A DNA stretch of 64,000 bases. Origin: Plasmodiophora brassicae. Lineage: Eukaryota. The position numbers and the translations under genes are program-made. The notes below the pieces were generated by a model. It searched no databases. It saw only the letters and a program-made list of their open reading frames with translations, and was not told the origin of the DNA. The stretch is taken from contig CP145426.1 of assembly GCA_036867785.1 (NCBI GenBank), positions 496,001-560,000 of the forward strand, in the 5' to 3' direction. Positions within the stretch are counted from its first letter, which is position 1. Each line of letters opens with the position of its first letter. Positions 1-11,884 of this stretch are shown here, piece by piece.

Positions 1-2051
1 GGGCAGCAAGACGTGCTGACTCGGTAATGGGTCCGTACCGGTGCTGAACGGGACGACGCGTTGTGCTAACGGGGACCCGGGCGTCGCAGGGTTCCTCCAG
101 GCGAAAGTCGAAACGACGACGACAATGCAGAGGATGCCGAGGCCGACGACGGCTAGTACGAACACCAGGACGATCGCGTAGTCGGTTAGCCAGTGACTGA
201 CGTCGTTCGGTGACGAAGACGGATGGTCTGTTGCAGACGGACGTCGAAGGACGATGGTCGTATGCGCTGCTGATGACGTCGTTGACCTGGGTAACCACGA
301 CCTGGGTAACGACGCCTTAGAACTGTGCCGGGCTGCCGACGTGCCGACAGGCAGATCCAGGTTCTTCCTCGGCGTCGTATTCCTGGAACTGAATGTCCTC
401 AGCGGCGGCGACTTCCTGGAGCCAAGTGTCCTCGTCGACGACGCCTTCTTGGTCGATGTGGACACACGCCGGGTCTTCGTCGAGGGCAACTTGGCAACGG
501 TGGTGCAGTTGATGGCGACGGAAAGTTGCTTGGTGGTACCGGGACAGGGGTCCGAGCCGAATGTGGAAGCGGACGCCGTTAGGAGACACGACGTCTTGTT
601 GACGCAGGCTTGCCTGACAACAGACACGCTGTTGATGGAATTGCACGATCCGAGCGTGTACACGCCGGATTGTCCCGACGGGGTGCCGTAGGACGCGAAG
701 ATGATGCGGGATATGATGGCGGGCGCTTTGCAGAAGAGCGACAAGTACGCGCCATCCGCCGCGGTGCCGAAGGTTCCACTGGAATCATCTGCCCATGCAG
801 TTTGTCAGTGAATGCCTGTAAGGTTGTTCTAGGGCTCGTTGCATAGCAGACCGGGCGAGCAGAGATTCGTGCTGTACCCAGAGATCGATGACGGAGGTTT
901 CATTGGCCAGCACACGAGTGGGTTGCTGGACCTGAGTGTACAAAGCCGTAAGTGGACAAGAACATGCGGGAAACTGGCGGTCAAGTTTACCAAACATCAA
1001 TCTGCGTCAGTTTGATCGCGTTGCGGAAGATGCCATTCGGGAGGCGCATCAGTTTAGCATCGAGGTATAACGACCTGCACGACACCATCTCATTAGCAGC
1101 ATCGTCAAAGGTAACCCAGCTGAAGCGCTGACGAACACGTATGCGAGAGATGTGCATTGGTCTAAGAGCCCGTCAGGAATGGATGGCAGGGCCGGATTCG
1201 AGTCTAGAAATAGAGTTTGCAGGAGCGACTGGGACTGAAATGCCCCAGGCTCGATGTAGGTGATGGAGTTGGTTCCAAGGTTTCTGCACCGAACGTTGAC
1301 ATGGGCATTAGGATATGCTTGGACGAGCGAGTAACGGACAGCCACGTGAGTTGATTTAAATTGGCCACAGTCGTCGTGGTTATCGTCGTCAGTTTGTTGA
1401 CGCCCAGGTTTCTGCATCCACTCTGTAGTTGACCCCGGAAAAGGGCACATATCGACTTACAGGGATTTCAGTGAGGTACACGGGGTAAACACGCCGGCAG
1501 GCAATGTCGACAGCGAATTTCCAACCAGGACGAGGGTTTGCAGGTGGGTCAAGTCGGCGAACAGCGTAGAAGCCGACAGCGTTGTTATTTGATTGCTGTG
1601 CAAATCCCTATGGATTGTAACCGGCCTTAGTCCTGTCAAAGCTCATTTTTGACATGCCGTCGTTCGATACAGGTAGGTTAGCGAACTCATTCCTGCAAAC
1701 GTGCCGTTCGCAACGCCAGGCAGCTGACACGAGGTAATCGATCTGAGTATCCGTTTAGAACAAGGTTAGTTTAGGGGGAATTGGCTGGGCATTACACAGA
1801 GGTGATCGACGACCGTGACGTTAGGTCAAACCAAGCGCTGGTCAAAATTCCAGTCCCCATTTTACCGTTGAGCGAGCTGTTTCCGGTATCAGAACGATGG
1901 ATCATCCACACTGACTGACCACATACATGGATGTACTGCTGATGCATGATCCCTGGTACCAGTCGCAAATGCACCCGTTGGCCTGCTTGCAAGTCTGCGC
2001 TAATGCGGGCGCCACCGTCAACGCGATGGAGATAACGACGGCCCCACGCAT
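1..2051 (-). CDS. LRR + SUEL/rhamnose-binding lectin + S/T stalk + TM surface protein, copy 1 (multi-exon; 3' end runs off window)
   Basis: Signal peptide MRGAVVISIALTVAPALA, Cys cap CKQANGCICDWY, LRR exons (DLHSNQITTLSASTLFADLTHLQTL; NLGVNKLTTITTTTVANLNQLTWL; NLGTNSITYIEPGAFQSQSLLQTL), then lectin (LFCKAPAIISRIIFASYGTPSG...CLLTAS..FGSDPCPGTTK) and hydrophobic TM near 115-180. An upstream ATG at 2084 is also possible. Confidence 0.8.
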
Positions 2052-2194
2052 GAGAGCGAGGCTTGAACGCAAGCGCTGTCCCATAATCACGGACAGCATT
2101 TGGCGGCCGACAAGTTTTAACACTATAGTACCCTTTCGCCGACCCCTGGTTTAGACGACCACCGAGTCAGTATCAGTGCTTCGTCACAATATTC

Positions 2195-2272
2195 TGTAGA
2201 CCGGACCGCCCAACTACCGGTAGGCCACGAGAGCAGCTGCTCCCGTGGCCTAGTTGGGCGGTCCAGTCTACA
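2195..2272. repeat. Near-perfect 78-nt hairpin (inverted repeat)
   Basis: tgtagaccggaccgcccaacta pairs with tagttgggcggtccagtctaca; inner taggccacg pairs with cgtggccta. Confidence 0.85.
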
Positions 2273-2564
2273 ATTCTTTCGAGATGGGATTATATCGATC
2301 TCAGCGCCTTTCTACATAGGAGGCAACCCAGCTTTTCGGCTGCTCTGACCAGAGTGCCATAGTGACAGGCACGTCCGGCACTCTGGCTGACCAGGTCACG
2401 AGCCTCTGCCCGCCACGTCTGCAACCGATTGCTGGTTTGGGCGGATTGCATTTACAACGGTCGAACTGCCCTGGGTAGATGATCGTGGGCGTATCCACAG
2501 GCCGACACAGACAGATCGCGGCTGACGGGGCCAGGGATCTTTACTGATGTTTTGACGACCATGA

Positions 2565-4858
2565 TCACGAGACGTCCGGTTCACTCTGTGATGTCGTTGA
2601 CATCGTCGTCATGGCACCCTGGTTGAATTTGTCGCGAGCCTCGGTACGACGCGGGCGCGAGCGGTGACTGGGCCGCGATGCAATAGCGTCGCTTCGGGGT
2701 ATTGGCGTCGACGTAGGATACTGTAAACGCTGGTACATGGCGCCCGCGGGCAGCAAGACTTGCTGACCCGATAATGGACCCGTACCGGGGCCGAACGGGA
2801 CGACGGGTAGTGCTAATGGGGAACCAGGCGTCGGAGAGTTCCTCCTCCTGACACAAAAGGAAACGACGACGACAATGCAAAGGAAGCTGACGCCGGCGGC
2901 GGCTAATACGAACACCAGGAGAGTCGCATGATCGGTAACCCAGTGACTTAGGTCCTGCGGCGACGAAGACGGACCGTCTGTTTTCGTATGACCTTCTGAC
3001 GACGTCGTCGATCTGGGTAACGACGTCATAGACCTGTTTCTGGTTGTCGACGCGCGATAAGATGTGGACATCGCTGGTTTCTTGGTCGACAATGTCATGC
3101 CGACGCCGACAGGCAAACTGGACGCTCTCACTGTTGTCGACATCCTGGAACTGAATGTCCTCAGCGGCGGCGACTTCCTGGAGCCAGGTGTCCTCGTTGA
3201 CGACGCCTTCTTGGTCGATGTGGACACACGCCGGGTCTTCGTCGAGGGCAACTTGGCAACGGTGGTGCAGTTGATGGCAACTGAAAGGTGCTTGGTGGTA
3301 CCGGGACAGGGGTCCGAGCCGAACGTGGAAGCGGACGCCGTTAGTAGGCACGACGTCTTGCTGGTGCAAGCCTGTCTGACAACAGACACGCTGTGGTTGG
3401 AATTGCACGATCCGAGCGTGTACACGCCGGACTGTCCCGACGGGTTGCCGAACGACGCGAACAGCACGCTGGATATGATGGCGGGCGCTTTGCAGAATAG
3501 CGACAAGTACGCGCCTTCCACTGCGGTGCCGAACGTTCCACTGGAATCATCTGCCCGTGCAACATACCAGTCGTTGAGAATACAGCGCTCTATGGAGCTG
3601 ATCGAAACTTGCCAGGGGCACACAGGTTCGTACTGTATCCGGTGATCTTTGACGGAGGTTGTTTCGGCCAGCACACAATCTGCTGTGGCGCCCTGTATGT
3701 CCTGCAGGTACGCACTCGTCAGAGTTGTGCTTTACCCAGCATTCATCACGCGTGAGCAGTGTGGGCATACGTGACATCGGTCAGCATTGTCGCGTTGCGG
3801 AAAATGCCATACGGCAGGCGCATTAGCATGGGGCAGGCGTGAATCGCCCTGTACGCATACCATTAGCAACACGTCGCCCACAAAGGGAGTCATGAGACCG
3901 CTGACGACGAACAGGTGTCCGAGCGATGTGCTGTAATCGAAGAGACCATCAGGCAGGGATGCCAGTGGCGGGTTGGTGTCCAAGAACAGCGTCTGCAGGA
4001 GGGACTGCGCCCGGAGCGCGCCAGGCTCGATGAACTGGATCGAGTTCGTTCCGAAATTTCTGCGACGGGAACTTCGCATCAGGTTGCTGGCCAGCACAGA
4101 TGCCCGACGAACATGGTAATGAGCTGGCTGAGGGTCGACAGGGCGTTCGTCGGTATGGATGTCAACTGATTAATGCCGAAGTTACTGCGATATGACCACG
4201 AGTCAGCACCGTTCACGTGTGCCAATGGTCGGCTGCGGGGAATTACAAATCCGTCAGCGACGTACACGGGGCAAACAGACGTTCTGGCAGGGAGGTGAGC
4301 GAGTTCGTGCCCATGTCCACCGATTGCAGATTGGTCAGGCTCGCGAACGCCGCAGGTGAGCCTGGCAGCGAAGTGATCACGTTACCCTCCAGCGACCTAT
4401 TCACCATGATCGTCGGCATGGGGCGCACGGCTAGGTTAGGGGGTTTGGTACAGAGTGGTTAGCGCCGACATGCCCACAAACGTGCCGTTGTCGATACCAG
4501 TTAACTGACAGTACGTAATTGACCTGACGAAGGACAACAGCAGGCCGGGTCACAGTCCCAGCAACCCGAGACGCAGGTTGGAGGTTACACATAAGTGATA
4601 GACGACCGGGACCACAGGTTGAACCAAGCGCTGGTCAACATTCCACCCGCGGATGACTGGGCGTTTAGCGAACTGACATCCGTCGTTGATGAGCCACGAC
4701 GTCGGTGTGACGATGAGATGCAGGACGTACATGTAGGTGCTGCTGGTGCATGCGGTCGGATACCAATCACAGATGCACCCGTTCGCCTGCTTGCAATACG
4801 TTGCGAATCCTGGACAAAGCAATAACGCGACGTAAAGGGCGATGAGAACCTCACCCAT
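2565..4858 (-). CDS. LRR + SUEL/rhamnose-binding lectin + S/T stalk + TM surface protein, copy 2 (multi-exon)
   Basis: Signal peptide MGEVLIALYVALLLCPGFA, CKQANGCICDWY cap and LRR exons (SLEGNVITSLPG.., NFGINQLTSIPTNALSTLSQLITM, NFGTNSIQFIEPGAL). ORF 2565-3674 carries the lectin (LFASFGNPSG..CNS...ACTSKTSCLLTAS..FGSDPCPGTTKHLSVAINC), an S/T-rich stalk and TM LLVFVLAAAGVSFLCIVVVVSFCV. Confidence 0.82.
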
Positions 4859-5150
4859 TCTTCCTGGGACGGCGCTAGCGTGGGAGCGATGTCCGACAAT
4901 GACGGTCAGCGTGTGCACCACATGTGGCCGGCACTGTGAAGCCGAGCCCCGAGGGATGACAGCGGACATGACCCGCCCACCTAACCGACCCATCCGAGTG
5001 GTCAATTGCATCGTGTGTGAACTGCGTTGGCGTTTTATATTGGTAGGTGGTGCGATGGGCCTGGGATCGCCGACTTTCGCCGTTCCGCATCCATGCCGCA
5101 TCTGGAGAGGGAAACCGTCAGCGGGTCGTGCGTGTGTGTGTGTGGCAATA

Positions 5151-8100
5151 TCAGGACCGTCCAACGGTGACCCACATTCGATTGACACGCTCAGTGAACT
5201 CGGCCAGCTCCTTGGCGCGCATGGACGATGTGCCGGGCGACACGCGGACGATCCCGAGGAAGTGGTCCAGCGTGAACTCGCTCTGGGAGCACGCGACGAC
5301 GTGAGCGCGGCGCTCATCCGTCAAGCGGGCACCTTACGCTGTGCGACTGGATCCACGCCAGCAGCTCGTTCGGCTGCAGGTAGTACGCCTTGATATAGTC
5401 GTCAACGCGTGCCCCGCCCGGGATGGGCCAGACGCCCGCGACGTCCCTGAGCCCGCGCTGCAGGTACCCAGAATCTACGAGGCGGCACCGATGAGCACAC
5501 ACACACACACAGAGAATACGGTGCCGTGCCTCACCCAGGGACATGGCCGCCCGCCCCTCCGTCGTGCACTTCTTCACCGAGCTGAGCGCATCGACAACCA
5601 GGTCCATCGTGATGCGCAGGCAGTTGCCGAGGAACACCTGGGAAACGGCCGCCTGGATCTCGTTCGACGACGTCATCTTCGACAGCCGCGCATGCAGCTG
5701 CTGGAACGACTTCTTGATCCTGTCGACGTACGTGTTGCACGTCTCCTTCAGCTCGGAGATGTCCCACTTGCAGGTGCCGATTAGGCCCAGGACGGGCCGC
5801 AGCGTCTCCGTCATCAGCCGGGTCGCTGCGCGCGCGTTTCGATCAGCGAAACCGTTGGCACACACGGGCAGCAGCTGAGGGCGACGGGGGTAGTACCGAG
5901 GAACCAGTAGACGGCCTGCTCCAGGTCAGCGCAGAGGCCGGCCGTGTACGCGGCCGCATCCGGGATCTCAGCGTTCTTCGTCGTGACGTACTGGGCCGTG
6001 ATCGGGACAACCCTGCAGGAAACGCGTTGTCAGACGTACGACGGCAAGCGACGAGTTCGACGGACCACTGGTATGCTCCAGCGATGCGCTTGAGCGACTC
6101 GATGGCCAGGTACCGGACGGGCAGACCGAACAGGTCCTCGATGCCGTCGAGTTGCACGCCAGCCTGCAGCCTGGCGATCTGTGGCCCGCTGGGCGACGAC
6201 GTGGTCGCTGGCTGCTGCTGCTGCTGCTGTTGCTGCGCTATGAACCGCACCGCCCCAGCAGCGAACTTTCGTTCGCCGATGCCGGACACGATGTGGTTCA
6301 GCACCGTGCACAGCCGAGGGAACCGTTTCAGGAAGGCCCCGTACGCCGGGTGCGTCTCGAGGAAGCGCGCGTACTCGGGGCTGAACAACGAGAACACGCC
6401 GAGCAGGTACACGTGGAAAAGGTCGACCGACAGGGACGCTACGTGAGTGGCCACGCTCGGCAGGCATCGCTCCAGCTGCAGGTACCGCCCCAGCGTTTGC
6501 ATCGGCAACTGGACAACGAGACGCGGTGAGCACACGACAACGACCCGGACGATGAAGGCGAACGCCCTGACCAGTGCGGATGACGTCGTGATCCACGGGA
6601 CGGCAGACGCCGGCCGGAAGACGGCACTGACAGGGGCCGTCGCCGCTGACGGCGACGGCCCCGGCGACGACGACGCCAGACGAAGAATGTCGACGCCGTC
6701 GGCGAACTGCTGGAAGAGCCTGTCGTGATCGGGCCTGGCGGCATGGTCGGCGAGCTCCATCTGGACGGCCTCGTGTCGCAGCTCCTTGATGTCCGAGTAC
6801 CAGAAGTCGGCCGCCAGCGGGACGCGTTGCCACGACTCGCTGTCGATCGCCAGGACGAGCCGCTCGACGCTCTGGGCGCGCACACCGGCGACGTCAGGGG
6901 GGTGCACACATGTCGTCGTCGTCGCCGCCTACCTGGACGTGGAACGAGGTGGCAAACTGCATGCACTTGTCGGCCAGGGCGGGGCGCAGGACGCTGGAGA
7001 CGATGCCGCTGAACTGCTCGCCGACGCGCATCAGGACCTCGCTCCTCGTGCTCATCGACTCCATCTGCCGTTGCGAGTCAGCCCCCCACAATGGCCCGGG
7101 TTGGGACCAGCGACTTGACCTCGGCAATGTTGTTCTCCAGCGCGGTCGCCGTCGTCGACCGCAGCAGCTGGACGAGGCGGTGCTGGATGCGTTCCCAGAG
7201 GGCGACCCGGCCCTGGCCGAGGCCATGGGCGAACGCACGGCCGGCATCGCAGGTCGGCGGGTCCGCTGCGAATTGCTCGTCGAGGACCTGCCGCACGACA
7301 AAGTACGTGTGCATGGCGACGAGCGCGGCGTGCAGGGCGGCCTCGTAGCAGGCCGAGAACTGGGCGGGGCGTACCGACGCGCAGATGTCCAGGAACGTCA
7401 ACGTCGACGTCGTCGTGTCGGCCCCGGCGACCGCCTGGCACTGGCGCTGGACGCCGGCGTGCATGGCGGCGTCGGTCGCGTGGGCAAACGCCTCCGAGAC
7501 GCGGTTCGCGAACCCGAGCTGGACCTCCATCAGGTAGAACGCCTGCGCCATGCCCTGCAGCGCCTTCGTGTCGAGCGCGTGCGCCCCCGACACCGCTTCC
7601 AGCAGCAGCGCGTCCAGCGACGCCTGCAGATGGCGCTCGAACCGCGCGTACCCGTCGGCGAACGTCTGCAGGACGGCGCTCGCCGCCTGGATGCCCTCGA
7701 CGTCCCGTTTCAGCTGGTCGGCACGCGCCAGCTGCTCCAAGGCGGACGCGAACGATAGCGAGCGCATGGCGTCCTGGAGCGCGGCGTCGGCGGCGACGAG
7801 GTCCAGCAGCGCCTTGCACTTCTGTCGAACGGCCTACCAGACGGTCGGCGGGGTGGGTGGGCGGCAGCCAGCGGCACAGGCGACATCGTACGTTGATCCG
7901 GATCAGCTTGCGATGCAGGGCGACGGTTCGGAACGAGTGCGTCACCAGGTTGCGCTGGGCGTTCTGTAGCACGCGCCGGGTGCCCGACACGAGCTCGACC
8001 GAGCCGGCCAGGTCGTTCTCGATCGCCTGGATGCCCTCCATGATGTTCACTGCGAACAACAACGACCCACGTTCAATGGGTCGTGCGCGCGCGCGCCCAC

Positions 8101-8532
8101 GTGTCTCTCGCGAAACGGTACCGAATGCGTTGTAGTTGGCGAAGATCTGGGCGGACAGCTGCTGGCCGATGCCCTTCTCGAGCCGATGGTGGAACTCGAG
8201 GGCGGCGTTCAGGTCCTTCTCGGTGCAGGACGCGTCCAGCTGCCGGACGACGAACTGGGCGCACTCGTCCTCGTCGGCCGTGTAGAACCGGCTGTCCATC
8301 TCGGCGACGATGCGCGTGTCCGTCTCGGTGCGGGGCGGGGCGTTCGGTCCCTGAGCGGATCACGGGGTCAGCACCCCCCGACGACGGTGCCGCGGCGCTG
8401 GGGGAGGCGGCCGACCCTGGACCCGACCGAGTCGACGCGGGCCGGCGCCGTCATCGTGCCCCGGCCGTAGTCCGTCTGGGACGACTCGCCCTTGATGGAC
8501 ATCTGCGACGTCCATTTCTTGAAGGCGTTCAT
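5151..8532 (-). CDS. VPS50: Syndetin / VPS50 (EARP complex subunit), multi-exon
   Basis: N-terminal Vps54_N-like segment (DSRFY...QLSAQIFANYNAF). C-terminal syndetin motif LVVDALSSVKKCTTEGRAAMSL..PIPG..VDDYIKAYYL..EL..WIQSH. Confidence 0.85.
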
Positions 8533-8883
8533 CGCCGCGCCCGGCCGTCTGTGTGCGTGGCGCGACCCGCCTCCACAAGCACAAAGTGACGGCCGCGAAC
8601 CTGCCCCGCCAATGGGATTGGAGTGACGGTCGGTTGCCACCTGCCACGCTTGTCGAACGAGGCCTGCCTATGGTTTCGTACGTTCGAGAGGGGCTGCTCG
8701 GTCATCTGGGACAGTTGACGAAACTCGCACACGAATACGGTGACCGGGCCATTGCAATGCGCAACGCGCTGCCCTCTGAGACGTCCAGTACCGAAATCGA
8801 GACCTGGGTAGATTTGGCCATTAGACGCATCCGGTCCTGGACATGTGTGTTCAAGCACAATGCAGCCGCGTCCCAGCAGGAGT

Positions 8884-9126
8884 GAGTTTGAGTTTGAGTT
8901 TATTTGTGCTTCGCGCTTTTCACGCAGGCGCCTCGGTCTCGAGTCCGAGGACCGAAGGTTCAGCCAGCAGAACGCCAACATCCCCCGGCCTGGCAGTGCC
9001 GGCCCATCACCTTTGTACTGGGCTCTTCGCGCCTGGACGATAGCAGAACGGAACGTGATTCGCTCGGACTTGTCAACTGCACGTTGTCGATTTTCTTCGC
9101 CATACCGTCTATGCCGGGATGCCGAC
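8884..9126 (-). mobile_element. Short non-LTR retroelement copy (SINE-like or 5'-truncated LINE 3' end) with (AAACTC)n tail
   Basis: The reverse complement matches 59653-59975 and 63728-64000 and the LINE 3' end at 42373-42520; it ends in ...gcgcgaagcacaaataaactcaaactcaaactc. Confidence 0.8.
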
Positions 9127-9180
9127 GGCCGTTCTCAAGGCGATGGAACGCGATGCCGCCAGAAAACACGATAGTATGCG

Positions 9181-9382
9181 CCGCCAGACATCGATCGCCG
9201 ATGAAAGGGCGTCATCCACGTAGTCGCCTTCGTCTCCGACGTCATCTCCTGGCAGACGATGGATCCGATGCTCCGGCAGGCGAGCAGTGCCCGGCATATG
9301 CAGCATGTGCAGGAAAGGACACGAACCCGCGGATGTCGTGAGGCACCAGGCCATACAGCGCGAGCAGGACTTTCATGGCCGC
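9181..9382 (-). repeat. Duplicated segment A (paralogous to 10792-10994) encoding ...AAMKVLLALYGLVPHDIRGFVSF
   Basis: Direct repeat sharing cgccagacatcgat...gtcatctcctggcaga...gtgcccggcatatgcagca...ggacacgaacccgcggatgtcgtg...catggccgcg. Confidence 0.8.
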
Positions 9383-9796
9383 GCAGGGAAAGCAGATCTC
9401 TATGCCTCGATCATTGCCGTGCGGCTGTGAAGCCACGTTGGATGCGTGAACGTTGACGGCGGCTCCCGTGAAGGAGCCGCTCCTGCGTGTCATCAGCTGT
9501 CCATGTCCACGATAGCGACCAAGTTCCTGATCGCGACCGGTGCCGCAAAAGTGAGGCCGAATTTAGGCCCCGACTGGACAATGCAACGCCGCGACTGGGC
9601 GACCAGTCCGCACTCTGCTGTCCGTCGACAGCGCCGCGACTGGGCGACCGCCGACCAGATCACCAAACGATTGCGCCACGGTCCAGTGCAAATGTATAGC
9701 GTCAACCTACCAGCGCTTGCTCCCGTTGCCAGCGCGGCCGCGGCGGCCGTGTCGCCGCCCGTCGCTCCGGGCATCGCCGCCGGCGCCGCTCTGACG

Positions 9797-10370
9797 TGCG
9801 GCACCAGGCCGTACACGGCGAGCAGACCGTCAACGGCCGGGCCAGGCATCGCCTTGAGCGCGGCGGTCGTCGCTGGAAATCCGGCCGGGACAGCGCCGGT
9901 GTTATCCACGAGCGGGTCGATGGGTAAGACGTCCTGCGACAGCTGGCTGTTGATCAGGCGTGATATGGACCGTGACTCGCTGTGGCAGTTCAATTCAACG
10001 GTCAACGAAGAGGCCAGATCCGTCGTACGACCCGACCCTACCCATGCTGCAGCGCGTTCATTATGGGCAGCAGCGCGTTCGCAATGGCTGGGGCAAACCA
10101 GGCGGGCGCGCCAGCACCCGGATACGCCTGCGCGGCGTGCTCTCCCACGACGGCATGCGTGCGTATGCTGTCGGCGATGACCTCGGCGTCGGTGACCGCA
10201 GGCGCCGCCTGGTTCGCCCGGCTCAGTCTCTTGCGCGCATGGCTGTCGGCGACGGCGGCCTCGACGTCAGGCGGGTCAAGAGCGGCGCTGGCGGCGATGC
10301 CCGGAGCGACGGGCGGCGACACGGCCGCGCTGGCAACGGGAGCAAGCGCTGGTAGGCTGGCGCTATACAT
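9797..10370 (-). pseudogene. Mug135-like / DUF1773 family gene, 3' end disrupted by an inverted copy of its own 5' end
   Basis: APAWFAPAIANAL... then RLINSQL..LPIDPLVDNTGAVPAGFPATTAALKAMPGPAVDGLLAVYGL resembles the DUF1773 C-terminal pattern (FP.T...L......LL..YGL). Confidence 0.5.
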
Positions 10371-10443
10371 TTGCACTGGTCCGTACCGCTAGGCGTTCTA
10401 TAACGCGTTACGTTCCATTTATGAAGATTTTCCATGCATCAAG

Positions 10444-10655
10444 GCATGTTTCACACTTGTCCTGATTCTAGGACCACTTCCTCGGTATCGGAGTCGCTGT
10501 AGATGAAGTGGTCGTCGATTTCCTCGAATTCGAAGAGACCTGTGATCGCGAGGTCGGTCGCGTCGAGAACCCAAAGGAAATCGACGACCACTTCATCTAC
10601 AGCGACTCCGATACCGAGGAAGTGGTCCTAGAATCAGGACAAGTGTGAAACATGC
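10444..10655. repeat. Perfect inverted repeat, 81-bp arms, 50-nt spacer
   Basis: 10444-10524 (gcatgtttcacacttgtcc...gtcgatttcct) is the reverse complement of 10575-10655. Confidence 0.92.
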
Positions 10656-10791
10656 TCACGGCAACGTCGTCGACCGTCGCCGGCAACTGGGCCGTTTCTT
10701 GGGCCTCTACCACAGGTCCATGCTACACGCGCCAGACAGGCGATCGACTGATACGTTGGAGCGCGATTCCGACAGTTACACGATAGGAGCA

Positions 10792-10994
10792 CCGCCAGAC
10801 ATCGATTGCCGATGACATCGCTTCATCCACGGCTTGCAGACGTCGTCGCCGACGTCATCTCCTGGCAGATGATTGGGTTGGGCTATGGCAGGCGAGTAGT
10901 GCCCGGCATATGCAGCACGTGCAGGGAAGGACACGAACCCGCGGATGTCGTGTGGCGCCAAGCCATACAGCCGAGCAGGACCTTCATGGCCGCG
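10792..10994 (-). repeat. Duplicated segment B (paralogous to 9181-9382)
   Basis: Same motifs as segment A; encodes ...LYGLAPHDIRGFVSFPARAAYAGH. Confidence 0.8.
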
Positions 10995-11208
10995 ACCAGC
11001 GCGCCGATCCATTATCTCAAGCAGCCAATTCGCTGCAAGTTGGCCGCCGCGCAGATCGACATCAATGGGCGCAGCGGATCGTCGCGGGCGTTTCGTCAGG
11101 ACGACGTGAAGCGCGCCGCGCCATTCGGCGTACACGGCGCCCGTCAGCGCCGATTCGCCGTCGACGCCGTCGCGAGCAGGGAGATGTTGGACAGGGCAGC
11201 GTCGATTT

Positions 11209-11582
11209 GACGCATGACACGTTGGTACATGGCCGCGGGCGACAATACTTGCTGACTGGGTAATGGACCCGTACCGGGGCTGAACGGGATGACGTGAGGT
11301 GCTAATGAGGAACCAGGACGCGGGAAGGCCATCCTCCTGGCACAAACGGAAACGACGACGACAATGCAAAGGACGCCGGCGCCGACGGCGGCTAATACGA
11401 ACAGCCTCAGAAGAGTCGCAAGATCGGTAACCCAGTGCCTTAGGTCCTGCGGTGACGAAGACAAAGCGTCTGTTACAGGAGCCGTATGACTGACGCCGTC
11501 GACATCGATGGTTCCTTGGTCGACAATCTCATGCCGACGCCGACAGGCGAACTGGATGCTCTCACCTTTGTCGACATCCTGG
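11209..11582 (-). pseudogene. Truncated third paralogue of the LRR-lectin receptor (stalk, TM and cytoplasmic part only)
   Basis: SSSPQDLRHWVTDLATLL..FVLAAVGAGVLCIVVVVSVCARR..PFSPGTGPL..QQVL matches 2730-3145. The stalk (RASSSPVGVGMRLSTKEPSMST) is in another frame, and no lectin or LRR lies upstream. Confidence 0.7.
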
Positions 11583-11884
11583 CAGGTGCCCTTGCACTTC
11601 GCGATCCGCTTATCGAACAGGAACACGACCTGGTCCAGCCGTCGCGGGAACCCATCGATCAGGAAGTTGCAAGCGCCCACCTCGGCGCGCGACGTCAGTT
11701 GAAGCCGACAACCACCGCCATCGTCGGCTTCGATGGCCACAATGCTGCCGAAAGCCGACGTCCCGAAACGCCGCAGTACCCAGTCGGCATCATACGAAGC
11801 TCTGCCCGACTGCGACAGTACAACGGAGTCTCCTGATCAGTGAACCAACCTAGGCCTGCCGCGGTGGATATATATTCAACGGCG

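Noticed and set aside
8553-8885. Short plus-strand ORF next to the retroelement tail
   Set aside because: No recognisable homology, and it overlaps the VPS50 upstream region.
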